DNA from: a bacterium
GTDB lineage: Bacteria > Coprothermobacterota > Coprothermobacteria > Coprothermobacterales > JAADFF01
Length of the DNA: 48,162 bases
NCBI GenBank assembly: GCA_027063755.1
Contig: JAMORD010000040.1
Location: 1 to 48,162 of the forward strand
Direction: 5' to 3'
Part shown: positions 29,611 to 38,770 of the stretch, piece by piece
Position numbering within the stretch: the stretch's first letter is position 1
Layout: each line of letters opens with the position of its first letter
The notes under the pieces: model-generated
What the model saw: the letters and a program-made list of their open reading frames with translations, nothing else
Database searches by the model: none
What the model was told of the DNA's origin: nothing
Program-made: the position numbers and the translations under genes

Positions 29611-31661
29611 GATATGCAAGGATTGGTGACCGTATAAGGGGTAGAGATACCGTTTACCTTATTGTTGATTTTATTGGTGAGGGCGGTATGGCACAGGTGT
29701 TTAAAGCCGTTGAAACCGATTCTGGTCTTAATGTTGCTGTGAAAATTATGAAACGCGAAAATTATGAGAGTGCGGATACATATCGTAGGGAGTTTGTTGT
29801 TCTTAGGGGACTAATGCACCCTTATATCGTAAAACTGTACGATTTTATTGATACGCCTGAATATGTCTATGTTGTTATGGAATATCTTCCCGGTGGTTCG
29901 TTAAAAGAGCGTATTGGTTCCGATGATCGTATGAAACTTATAGAAGATATTATTAAAGTGGCTCTTGCCATAGATTTTGCACATGCTAATGGGGTAATAC
30001 ACAGGGATATCAAACCTGCCAATGTCTTATACGATGAAGGAAATGAGCCCCGTATTACCGATTTTGGTATAGCCATAAATATGTTTTCCCACACTGTTAA
30101 GGGTAGGTATGCCGGTACACCGGCATATATGGCTCCAGAGCAAATAAAGGGTGAGCCCCTTGACCCGCGCACCGATATATATCAGTTAGGGCTTATGCTT
30201 TATGAAATAATGACAGGGCATTTACCGTTTGAACCTGATAATTCAAAAGAGTTTATGGATTGGATAGATAAAGGTTTGACAAGAGAACCATCTTTGTATG
30301 AAAAAAATATACCACCTGCATTTGATGAGGTATTTATAAAATCCCTGTCCTCTACAAGAGAAAATCGCTATAAGAGAGCTCTTGATTTTGCCGTTGAAGT
30401 AGTAAATGCATCACATCGTAGTGGTTTTTCTATTTCTCAAAATGTAGAGGATTTGTTTGCCGATGTTATGGCAAGAGCTGTTGTTAATGTTGAACCTGAA
30501 GAAAGTATTGTTTATATAGAAGATGAATTTGTTGGGGTGGCACCGGTTATAGTGGACAGGATATTTCCTGGCAGTAAGCACATGAAGGTTAAACGCCCGT
30601 TATTCAAAACGATAAATGCTTATGTATGGATGGAGCCAGGTGAAACTTCGTACTTTGATTTTGAGATGGAACCTTCAGATAAGAATAAAGTGGGTCCTAT
30701 TAGGTTAGTAAAGCCTGTGTTTGATGCCTATACATCAGTGTATGGTTTGTATATTCTTAGCAAAGGTATCCTTGCCCGTATAAATATAGATGGTACACCG
30801 AGTATATTTGATGAAGTAGCTGTTCCCATATCTAAGGGAGGAGAACTTTTTAGACTGGGTGATGTGTTGGCAATATTGTCATCTGATGAGCTTCTTTTCC
30901 TTGATATGCCTCGGTTTCAGCTTTATCATACAGGTATTTATATAAAAGATTTAACCCGTATTGTTGAAGGGGGAGAGCATTCTTTGGCAATATTGACAAC
31001 TCGCAAGGTGTTCTGGCTTCAAAAGGGAGGGGAGGTTAGACACTTTAAAGGATATTTTGAGAATGTAGCACCAGGAAACAATGTTATAGCCCTTTACAAC
31101 GGTGAATATATCTCTATTATGACTCCATTTGATGAAAGGGCCCGGGTCAAAACAGATAGCTGGGTTAGGGGGATTTATATTTTAGATAAAGTGGGAGTTT
31201 TAATGATAGATTATGTCAATCATCTATCATTTGTTGACTTTGATGGTAATCTCATAGGTGAAATTATCAGTCCCTTTAAATATCCTATAGAAATGGTAAG
31301 ACGTATTCGTGGAGATGCATATCTTGTTACCACAAAACACAAAGTAGCGTTGCTAATGTATGATGGGACAGAGTTTCACTTTGCAGGAAAACCAGAACCT
31401 TTGCCATCGGGAACATATACTGTTATTTTATCTATGTATGTGCCTGTTGGTCCTGTCATAGTTAGACGTAACAGATATATCTCGGTGCTGGATATCATGG
31501 GAACCAATCGTTATGTATACGATATTGGTAGGGTGCCAGGTGGATTTACCACATGGGTTAAAGGGGTTAGAACATCTGGTCCTTATATTACTATCACTTT
31601 GACCAATGATTCTGTATTTGTTTATAATGTCTTATCGTGGCAATCTTTGTGGAAAAGTTAA
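29601..31661 (+). CDS. Hanks-type Ser/Thr kinase with a PEGA-like and a beta-rich C-terminal region, no evident TM helix
   Basis: GEGGMA, VAVK, HRDIKPAN, DFG and YMAPE motifs; PEGA-like segment VNVEPEESIVYIEDEFVGVAP. Confidence 0.93.
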   Translation: MGVRYARIGDRIRGRDTVYLIVDFIGEGGMAQVFKAVETDSGLNVAVKIMKRENYESADTYRREFVVLRGLMHPYIVKLYDFIDTPEYVYVVMEYLPGGSLKERIGSDDRMKLIEDIIKVALAIDFAHANGVIHRDIKPANVLYDEGNEPRITDFGIAINMFSHTVKGRYAGTPAYMAPEQIKGEPLDPRTDIYQLGLMLYEIMTGHLPFEPDNSKEFMDWIDKGLTREPSLYEKNIPPAFDEVFIKSLSSTRENRYKRALDFAVEVVNASHRSGFSISQNVEDLFADVMARAVVNVEPEESIVYIEDEFVGVAPVIVDRIFPGSKHMKVKRPLFKTINAYVWMEPGETSYFDFEMEPSDKNKVGPIRLVKPVFDAYTSVYGLYILSKGILARINIDGTPSIFDEVAVPISKGGELFRLGDVLAILSSDELLFLDMPRFQLYHTGIYIKDLTRIVEGGEHSLAILTTRKVFWLQKGGEVRHFKGYFENVAPGNNVIALYNGEYISIMTPFDERARVKTDSWVRGIYILDKVGVLMIDYVNHLSFVDFDGNLIGEIISPFKYPIEMVRRIRGDAYLVTTKHKVALLMYDGTEFHFAGKPEPLPSGTYTVILSMYVPVGPVIVRRNRYISVLDIMGTNRYVYDIGRVPGGFTTWVKGVRTSGPYITITLTNDSVFVYNVLSWQSLWKS

Positions 31662-32419
31662 ATATCGGGTAGATATATGCCGTATACGAGAAATGCCGTG
31701 TGAGAAACCATACGCATCTCTGGATGGGCTATACCGTGATCTCCATCTATTTCCCATTCTCTTACCAAGATCTCCATTGTTGTGATATTGAAAAAGTTAT
31801 TTTCTTTTAAACTGGATACAGCCTTGGTAATCTGAGGAATGTTAGGAAGGTATAACACAATTCTACCTGAAGGTTTTAGGGCTTTTTTGATATGAGGGAT
31901 AACAACCCATGGTGTAGGTAGGTCAAGAACAGCGGCATCGTAAAAAGAGTTTTCTGGTACTTCTTCTACTTTGCCAATACGCCATTCTACTGGTATATGT
32001 TCTTTCCAACCCTCAACATTTTTCATGGCCTGCATTTGATGTTCTGGCCTGACATCATATGAAACGACAAGACCTGAGGGGGCAACAGCTCTGCCGAGGA
32101 AAAGCGTAAGACTGCCTGAGCCACTACCTGCTTCAAGAACCCTATCGCCATCTTTCAAGTCAAGTAAACTGACAATGCGAGAGCTCTCTTTAGGGTATAC
32201 GATCTGTGCTCTTCGTGGCATTTTTAAGACATAGTCTTCCAGTGATGGTTCCATAACAACGAATTTGGCACCCTTTGACGAAACAATATGTGTTTTACCT
32301 GCCAGTATCTCGTCGTGAATTATGGTGCCATGGTGAAAATGGCTTTTACCACCAGGTACAACATTAATGAGGAAACGTCTACCTTTTCTGTCTATTAGTA
32401 GTTTCAGATTTTTTTTCAA
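31658..32419 (-). CDS. trmI: tRNA (adenine-58-N1)-methyltransferase
   Basis: MPRRAQIVYPK, LEAGSGSG, LDLPTPW and HTAFL motifs. Confidence 0.93.
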   Translation of the reverse strand: MKKNLKLLIDRKGRRFLINVVPGGKSHFHHGTIIHDEILAGKTHIVSSKGAKFVVMEPSLEDYVLKMPRRAQIVYPKESSRIVSLLDLKDGDRVLEAGSGSGSLTLFLGRAVAPSGLVVSYDVRPEHQMQAMKNVEGWKEHIPVEWRIGKVEEVPENSFYDAAVLDLPTPWVVIPHIKKALKPSGRIVLYLPNIPQITKAVSSLKENNFFNITTMEILVREWEIDGDHGIAHPEMRMVSHTAFLVYGIYLPDI

Positions 32420-32798
32420 GCTTTCTTACCTCTCTTCCTTCTTTTATGCTCTGGTATGTCAAGAATAATCCCCACAGTGTTGCAAATACAAGTCCCCATG
32501 TTGAGCGAAATAGGAGTGCCAGTCCCGCAAATAGCATAAATGTCCCGAGGTATATGGGATGTGACTGTTCAGCATATATACCCTCTTTTAAAATCGTATC
32601 ACGATGTTTTTTCATAAGTATCCAATTTTCTGTTGCCCTGCCTAATAGAAAACCGGAGTAGAAAGTAATGGCAACGCTCATGAGTCTTAGCCCTAAAGTA
32701 TCTGCTACAGGGAGCTTACCTGCACCAACAGCAATACTTAAAGCAGCCGTTGTGAGTAAGACCAATTGCACAATGTTTGGTAATCTCTTTTTACCCAT
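32379..32798 (-). CDS. ICMT/phospholipid methyltransferase-family membrane protein
   Basis: Hydrophobic helices and EGIYAEQSHPIYLG (GxY..xRHPxY-like). Likely start is ATG 32798 or 32804 rather than 32906, which overlaps the divergent gene. Confidence 0.7.
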   Translation of the reverse strand: MGKKRLPNIVQLVLLTTAALSIAVGAGKLPVADTLGLRLMSVAITFYSGFLLGRATENWILMKKHRDTILKEGIYAEQSHPIYLGTFMLFAGLALLFRSTWGLVFATLWGLFLTYQSIKEGREVRKLEKKSETTNRQKR

Positions 32799-32800
32799 AG

Positions 32801-32817
32801 CCATTATATTATAATGG
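32801..32817. promoter_or_regulatory. Palindrome carrying TATAAT on both strands, candidate bidirectional promoter
   Basis: CCATTATA-T-TATAATGG between divergent genes. Confidence 0.5.
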
Positions 32818-32847
32818 AAATGAAGGACATAAAAACATCCTTGGGGG

Positions 32848-34098
32848 TTGGTTAGAGTGAGACCATATTGGTACGAAGAGAGAACATGTCCTATATGTGG
32901 TAACACATTTCAAGTGAAGATTTTAAGGTCGGGTTATGCTTATAGAGTGCTTGCTATAGATGTTGATATGTTTCCCCATGTAGATGGGGAACATCCTGTA
33001 CTTTATGAAGTTGATATGTGTCCCAAATGTGGCTATGCATATTACAGAAATGAGTTTGATAGGCCGCCAATAAAAGACAGGGCAGAACTTATAAAGTTTC
33101 TTGTAAAGGTGCCGGCATCTGATAAGGTTGTGGCGGCAAAACCCGATAGAGATCCTGAAGGGGCTTTAAGGATTTATCAGTGGGTATATAATCTCCTTGA
33201 ATTTACAAATGCTCCTAAACATAAAATAGGACTTACACTTCATAAGATGGCGTGGATATACAGACTTATAGGAAATGATGAGAAAGAGAAGGAATATCTT
33301 GGCAAAGCATTGCAGATGTATGAAGAGGCTTTATCAAGCACAAAAGAGCGTTATCCTTCAAAAGAAATGTTTGTGAAGGTTATATATTCTGCCGGTGTTA
33401 TTGCCTATATGCTGGGGTATTACGAGAAGGCCGTAAAATACCTTAATGACCTACTGAAGCTGGAACAATCTGGTCAGAAGTTATCGCCGGTGATGAGAAA
33501 ACATGTGTTTGATGTGTGGCAAGATTTAAGGGGTAAGGTTGCGTCGGCAGAAAATATAGATATTGGTAAAGAGGAGAAAAGTGCTGAGGATATATCCGAA
33601 GATGCTATGCTCTCAGCGCTGAGAAATGCTTATCGCACACTGGAGGGTAAACTATCTGTAAAAGAAATGAATATATCATCTGATAAAAAATCGTTTTATA
33701 CGCCTTTAAAGAGATTCTATTTGGCAATGGCTCATCTTTCATTTTTGGAACACTTCAATAAGATTGATGCCGGAAGTTGGAAGGATTTTATGAAGATGTT
33801 TTACCAGGTAATGGAATTTTTTGGTAGAACGGGAGCACGATATGCAGGTATTTCTTCAGGCTATGAAATGTTATTTGATGGCAGAAATGCTACATCGTGT
33901 ATTATTATTAGTCCTGTAAGTATGGTAGAAGATTATGTGAAACAGTGTGGTGGACATACTAAAAATATAATGGTAGTTGGTATAATTGAAACAGAGGAAG
34001 ATGAAGCACTTGCTTCTAATCTTGGATTTGAGGTGGTTGATGAAGGAATGTGGCTTTACGATGGACGCCTTTATCCGTGCCTTCTCTTCAAAAAGTGA
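32848..34098 (+). CDS. DUF2225-like Zn-ribbon/TPR protein with an extra C-terminal domain
   Basis: CPICG...D.D...YEVDMCPKCGYA, AWIYR and TPR-like helices; first gene of the che cluster. Confidence 0.8.
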   Translation: MVRVRPYWYEERTCPICGNTFQVKILRSGYAYRVLAIDVDMFPHVDGEHPVLYEVDMCPKCGYAYYRNEFDRPPIKDRAELIKFLVKVPASDKVVAAKPDRDPEGALRIYQWVYNLLEFTNAPKHKIGLTLHKMAWIYRLIGNDEKEKEYLGKALQMYEEALSSTKERYPSKEMFVKVIYSAGVIAYMLGYYEKAVKYLNDLLKLEQSGQKLSPVMRKHVFDVWQDLRGKVASAENIDIGKEEKSAEDISEDAMLSALRNAYRTLEGKLSVKEMNISSDKKSFYTPLKRFYLAMAHLSFLEHFNKIDAGSWKDFMKMFYQVMEFFGRTGARYAGISSGYEMLFDGRNATSCIIISPVSMVEDYVKQCGGHTKNIMVVGIIETEEDEALASNLGFEVVDEGMWLYDGRLYPCLLFKK

Positions 34099-34104
34099 GA
34101 AAGG

Positions 34105-34569
34105 GTGGTGGTGCAGATGAATGTGGGCATGGTAGTGTTTGGGCTTAAAGATAAGTATATGGCTGCCCCGATTGAGTATGTCAAAGAGATCTTAAAACTT
34201 GACAAGATTACCAGACTCCCCAATGCACCGGTTATCGTTAAAGGACTCATGAATGTTCGTGGTATCTTGCTTCCCGTTGTGGATGGTAGAAAATTGTTTG
34301 ATGTGGAAGATAACGAAGAACTAACAGAAGAACAGAAAAAACAGATGCGTATACTTTGGGTATCTACCGGTAGAGAAGGAGAAGAGGATATAGGTATACT
34401 TGTTGACCATATACTTGGTATTTTATTTGTAGATGAAGAAGAACTCAAAGAAGTTCCGGAAGGAATGGAAGGAGCAGAAAAATTTAAGGCAAGCCTTCTT
34501 TGGAATGATAAATTTGTGCTCATGATAGATATTGATAATCTTCTTAGAGGAAGGGGGGACGGTAGATGA
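34105..34569 (+). CDS. cheW: Chemotaxis coupling protein
   Basis: VKEI, ITRLPNAP, GLMNVRG.LPVVD and GILVD motifs. Confidence 0.95.
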   Translation: MVVQMNVGMVVFGLKDKYMAAPIEYVKEILKLDKITRLPNAPVIVKGLMNVRGILLPVVDGRKLFDVEDNEELTEEQKKQMRILWVSTGREGEEDIGILVDHILGILFVDEEELKEVPEGMEGAEKFKASLLWNDKFVLMIDIDNLLRGRGDGR

Positions 34570-36662
34570 GCGAGATAGATATAAATGAATACCTCCCTGT
34601 GTTTATTGATGAGGCAAGGGAATATCTTCAGATTCTCAATGAAAAACTTCTTGTGTTAGAGGAGCATCCTGGTGATCTTGATGCTATTAGGGAGATTTTC
34701 CGTGCAGCTCATACGCTGAAAGGCATGTCTGCAACTATGGGGTTTACCCATATGGCAGAGGTTACCCACCTTATGGAGAGTGCCCTTCAGCCGTTTAGAG
34801 ATAAAGAAGGTGCTGTGCTTCCAGAGGAGCTTATAGATATGCTATTTAGGGTTCTTGATTATCTTCAGGCACAGGTTGATAACCTTGCTGCTGGTGGTGA
34901 TATTGAACCACCTGAGGAGGATCTTCTAAATGCACTAAAAGAGGCTGCATCGGGGAAAGTACCCACGGGTACAGCATCTGCATCTGAGAAAAAAGAAGAG
35001 AAACAAGAGGCTAAAAAAGAGACATCAGGAGAGCCTATACAGTTTGAGCTTAACGATTATGACATCCTTGTTATTGAAGATGCCGTAAAAGCTGGTAATG
35101 TTGTTGCCAAGATACATGTCCGTATGCGCGAAGGTACCATGATGAAGAGTGTACGTGCCTACATGGTTGTAAAAACCATTGAAGATCATGAGGGAGAGGT
35201 TGTTAAATCCGTTCCCCCTGCGGAAGATATTGAACAAGAAAAGTTTGATAGAGATATATTCTTCTTGGCCATATTCCCACAGGGAACAAATGTTGATGAG
35301 GTAAAGAAGAAAATTGAGTTAATAGCAGAAATTGAAAGTGTAGAGGTGGAAGTTATAAAAGATGTTGAAGCTCTGAAACAGACCGAGGAAAAGCCTACAG
35401 AAGAGAAAAAAGAAGAAAAGCATGGAGAAGTACAGCCGCAAGTACAAGCTCAGAAGGCTGCTGCCAAGGGAGAAAAGAAGGAGAAAAAAGGAGAGCATAA
35501 GGAAAAACATCACATAGAACAGCTTATTCGTGTACCACTGTCTAAGCTTGATAAACTCATGAACCTTGTAGGTGAGCTTGTCATCTACAGAACAGAACTT
35601 CAGGTGGCCAAAGAGAAAAACTCTCAGGAGGCCCTTGAAGGTGTTATTGAGCGTATAGGTAGATCTATCATTGAGCTGCAGAATGAGGTTATGTCTATGC
35701 GAATGACTCCCATGGCCTTTGTTTTTCGTAGATTCCCCAGAATGGTAAGGGACCTTGCTAAGAGGTTTGGTAAAAAGGTTGAGTTTATTATAGAAGGTGA
35801 AGAGACAGAAATAGACAGATCTATTCTTGATAAGCTGGGTGATCCCCTTGTTCACCTGCTGAGAAATGCCATTGACCACGGCATTGAAACACCCGAAGAG
35901 AGAGTAGCTAAGGGGAAACCTGAAGAAGGACACTTATGGCTTAGAGCGTATGCTGAAGGTAACTATGTATTCATAGAGGTTGAAGATGATGGTAGGGGTA
36001 TTGACCCAGATAAAGTTAAGCAGAAGGCAATAGAGAAAGGGCTTATATCCCCTGAAGAAGCAGAGACTCTTACCAAGAGGGAAATTTATGAGCTTCTATT
36101 TAGACCTGGTTTCTCCACAGCTGAGAAAGTTACCGATGTATCTGGTAGAGGTGTAGGGCTTGATGTTGTTAAGGCTGTTATAGAACAATTGGGAGGTAGT
36201 ATTGAAATACAGTCTGAACTTGGTAAAGGCACGAAGTTTATTTTAAGACTGCCTCTGACACTGGCTATTATTACAGCACTGCTTGTTACCGTTGGTGATG
36301 AGGTATATGCTATACCTCTTGGTAGTGTTGATGAGGTTGTTGAGAAAGACGACCGTATGAAGAAGACTCAAGTTGGAGAGGTGTTCATACTCAGAGGTGA
36401 TGTGCTACCTGTTTACTATCTCAAAGATGTATTCAAAGTGCCAACAGCCGGTGAGGGACAACATCTTGTTGTTGTTAGAAGTGCTGGTACTCGTGCGGCT
36501 ATTGTAATAGATGACCTTATAGGACAGCAAGAAATCGTTATCAAGCCACTTAAAGGCAAATATGTTGGTGTACCGTATATCTCTGGTGCTACAATATTAG
36601 GTGATGGTACTATTGCGCTGATTACAGATCTGACACAGCTGCTTATGGGAGGTAGAGAATAG
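34566..36662 (+). CDS. cheA: Chemotaxis histidine kinase
   Basis: Hpt FRAAHTLKG, P2 domain, HLLRNAIDHG, DDGRG, SGRGVGLDVV and a C-terminal CheW-like domain. Confidence 0.99.
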   Translation: MSEIDINEYLPVFIDEAREYLQILNEKLLVLEEHPGDLDAIREIFRAAHTLKGMSATMGFTHMAEVTHLMESALQPFRDKEGAVLPEELIDMLFRVLDYLQAQVDNLAAGGDIEPPEEDLLNALKEAASGKVPTGTASASEKKEEKQEAKKETSGEPIQFELNDYDILVIEDAVKAGNVVAKIHVRMREGTMMKSVRAYMVVKTIEDHEGEVVKSVPPAEDIEQEKFDRDIFFLAIFPQGTNVDEVKKKIELIAEIESVEVEVIKDVEALKQTEEKPTEEKKEEKHGEVQPQVQAQKAAAKGEKKEKKGEHKEKHHIEQLIRVPLSKLDKLMNLVGELVIYRTELQVAKEKNSQEALEGVIERIGRSIIELQNEVMSMRMTPMAFVFRRFPRMVRDLAKRFGKKVEFIIEGEETEIDRSILDKLGDPLVHLLRNAIDHGIETPEERVAKGKPEEGHLWLRAYAEGNYVFIEVEDDGRGIDPDKVKQKAIEKGLISPEEAETLTKREIYELLFRPGFSTAEKVTDVSGRGVGLDVVKAVIEQLGGSIEIQSELGKGTKFILRLPLTLAIITALLVTVGDEVYAIPLGSVDEVVEKDDRMKKTQVGEVFILRGDVLPVYYLKDVFKVPTAGEGQHLVVVRSAGTRAAIVIDDLIGQQEIVIKPLKGKYVGVPYISGATILGDGTIALITDLTQLLMGGRE

Positions 36663-37300
36663 TGGATTTTGATAAGCTGATAACCCAAAACCCTCTGTTT
36701 ATAGATGCCTTTAGGGAGATAAATAATATAGGCTCTGGTAATGCTGCTTCGGCAGTGGCTTCAATGATAGGGCAAAAGGTTGATATTACTGTTCCATCTG
36801 TTATTGTTGAGAAAATACCCAATGTCATTGAGAAAATAGGTGCGCCTGACGAAGTTGCCTTTGGTGTGCAGTTAACATATGAGGGGGAACTTGATGGTGT
36901 TATTCTTCTTGTATTTAAAGAAGACACCGTAAAAAAATTAGCAAAGCTATTGATGGGTATGGAAGTGGAAGAGATAGACGATATGACGATCTCTATGATT
37001 CAGGAGATAGGCAATATCGTTTCGGCCTCGTTTCTTAATGCTATAGCTACATTCTTTAGTGTGCAAATATTGCCTTCACCACCATCTGCCGCATATGATA
37101 TGTTACAGGCTTTGCTCAATCTGGCACTTGCCAGTATTGCCGCAGAAACTGACTATGCGTTGGTGGTGAAGACAGAATTTGTTATAGGTGATGATGAAAC
37201 CAATAAGGCAGAAGGATGGATAGTTAATGTTCCTTCGCCTGACAGCTTCATTAAACTACTAAAACTTATGGGACTGCTGGGTGATGAGGATGTTGAATAA
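36662..37300 (+). CDS. cheC: CheY-P phosphatase CheC
   Basis: Two ExxN motifs (REINNIGSG, QEIGNIVSA); adjacent to cheD. Confidence 0.93.
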   Translation: MDFDKLITQNPLFIDAFREINNIGSGNAASAVASMIGQKVDITVPSVIVEKIPNVIEKIGAPDEVAFGVQLTYEGELDGVILLVFKEDTVKKLAKLLMGMEVEEIDDMTISMIQEIGNIVSASFLNAIATFFSVQILPSPPSAAYDMLQALLNLALASIAAETDYALVVKTEFVIGDDETNKAEGWIVNVPSPDSFIKLLKLMGLLGDEDVE

Positions 37301-37781
37301 TAAGAATATTGTGCATGTAGGTATCGGTCAAAGCTTTGTGCTCAAGAAGACAGGAATATTAATGGCAATAGGCTTGGGGTCATGTGTGGGGGTGGGTATG
37401 TACGATCCCGTTGAAAAAATCGGTGGGATGGTACATATTCTACTTCCCGATTCTAAAGTGGGTAAACCAACCGACTTACCGGGTAAGTTTGCAGATAAAG
37501 GTGTGCCACATTTGCTTGATATGATGCTTGAGGCTGGTGCCAAGAAAGAGAGACTCATTGTAAAGATCGCCGGTGGTGCCAGTATGTTTAAGACATCTCA
37601 ATCGCCTATTATGGATATAGGTTCAAGAAATGTTGCCGCAGTGAAGAAAGTGCTTAAGGAGTTGGGTTTACCGCTACACGGTGAGGCAGTAGGAGGTAAC
37701 GAGGGAAAAACCTTTATTTTAGATGTTGCCACCGGCAAATTTTATGTCAGAACAGTTAGGGGAGGCCAGGTAGAAATATAG
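37281..37781 (+). CDS. cheD: Chemoreceptor glutamine deamidase
   Basis: GLGSCVG, GGMVHILLP, KIAGGA and IGSRN motifs. Confidence 0.96.
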   Translation: MMRMLNNKNIVHVGIGQSFVLKKTGILMAIGLGSCVGVGMYDPVEKIGGMVHILLPDSKVGKPTDLPGKFADKGVPHLLDMMLEAGAKKERLIVKIAGGASMFKTSQSPIMDIGSRNVAAVKKVLKELGLPLHGEAVGGNEGKTFILDVATGKFYVRTVRGGQVEI

Positions 37782-37785
37782 TGAT

Positions 37786-38127
37786 ATGAAGAAGATATTA
37801 TATTTTTGGGGACTATTTATACTACTTGGCAACATCTTTGTCCTACTTGCTTTTGTCTACGGAAAATTAACTGTATATAAGTTGTCTATATATCTTTCGT
37901 TAAACGTTGCTATTGCTGCTATACTAGCCCGCGTTGTAGCCACTGTTGTTGAAACTTATGAAGAATATGTATATCAGAAGAAACTGGCAGAGGTTGAGGA
38001 ATATATTGAAAAATTGAGGAAAGAAAAAGAGGAAGAGGAGCAGAAGAAATGGGAGGCTATTAGTGTTGATGACATTGTTGAGGCTCTAACGACTTTGGGC
38101 AAAGAGCATATAGTGGAGGAAAAGTGA
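37786..38127 (+). CDS. Hypothetical two-TM protein with a charged coiled-coil tail
   Basis: Two hydrophobic helices then an E/K-rich helix; gaps of 4 nt to cheD and 1 nt to fliA. Confidence 0.75.
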   Translation: MKKILYFWGLFILLGNIFVLLAFVYGKLTVYKLSIYLSLNVAIAAILARVVATVVETYEEYVYQKKLAEVEEYIEKLRKEKEEEEQKKWEAISVDDIVEALTTLGKEHIVEEK

Positions 38128-38128
38128 T

Positions 38129-38770
38129 ATGGCTATGGATAGAGAAGAAATGGTACGCAAGTATCTGGAGCTGGTGGAGAAGGTTGTAAGAAAATTTTCT
38201 TATACCAGTTTGCCTCCTCGTATAGATGAAGATGACCTCAGGTCTGAGGCATTGCTCGCCTTGTTGAAGTCCATAGATACATATAATCCCAATAAAGGTG
38301 TTCCCTTTGAGGTATATGCCTACCGCAATATGCGTAATGCTATAGTAGATTTCTTAAGGAAGCAAGGGTATTTTAGCCGTGCCCAATATGATAAGTACAA
38401 AGACATGGAAGAAAAGTATATGCACGGTGAGATAACCGAGGCCGAATTTGATTCTCTTGAAGGTGTTGCAGAGTTGTCACTTGAGTCTTACCTTATGCGT
38501 GTATATGAAGAGTTTCCTTCACGAAGCAATATTGAAGAAGAAATAGCCAGAGAAGAGCTTATCAAGGTTGTAGCCGAGGCTATAAAAAAAGAACTTGATG
38601 AGAAAGAAAGGCTTATTATCACACTACGTTATTATGAGGGTTTGGCTTTTAAAGAAATTGCCCACATCTTAGATATATCCCCATCCCGCGTGTCTCAACT
38701 GCATACTAAAGCACTAATGAAACTAAAAAATTATGTAAAGGAGAGGTATAAGGGATGGGTTCCCTATTAG
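38129..38770 (+). CDS. fliA: Flagellar sigma factor (sigma28/SigD), short
   Basis: Region 2 DDL...YNPNKGVPFEVYA...AIVDFLR and region 4 LRYYEGLAFKEIAHILDISPSRVSQLH; lies after cheD. Confidence 0.9.
   Translation: MAMDREEMVRKYLELVEKVVRKFSYTSLPPRIDEDDLRSEALLALLKSIDTYNPNKGVPFEVYAYRNMRNAIVDFLRKQGYFSRAQYDKYKDMEEKYMHGEITEAEFDSLEGVAELSLESYLMRVYEEFPSRSNIEEEIAREELIKVVAEAIKKELDEKERLIITLRYYEGLAFKEIAHILDISPSRVSQLHTKALMKLKNYVKERYKGWVPY

Noticed and set aside
32805-32906. N-terminal extension of the ICMT-like ORF
   Set aside because: Overlaps the divergent DUF2225-like gene and the promoter palindrome.
35380-35520. GAAAA-rich repeats in cheA
   Set aside because: They encode the ordinary E/K-rich P2-P3 linker.
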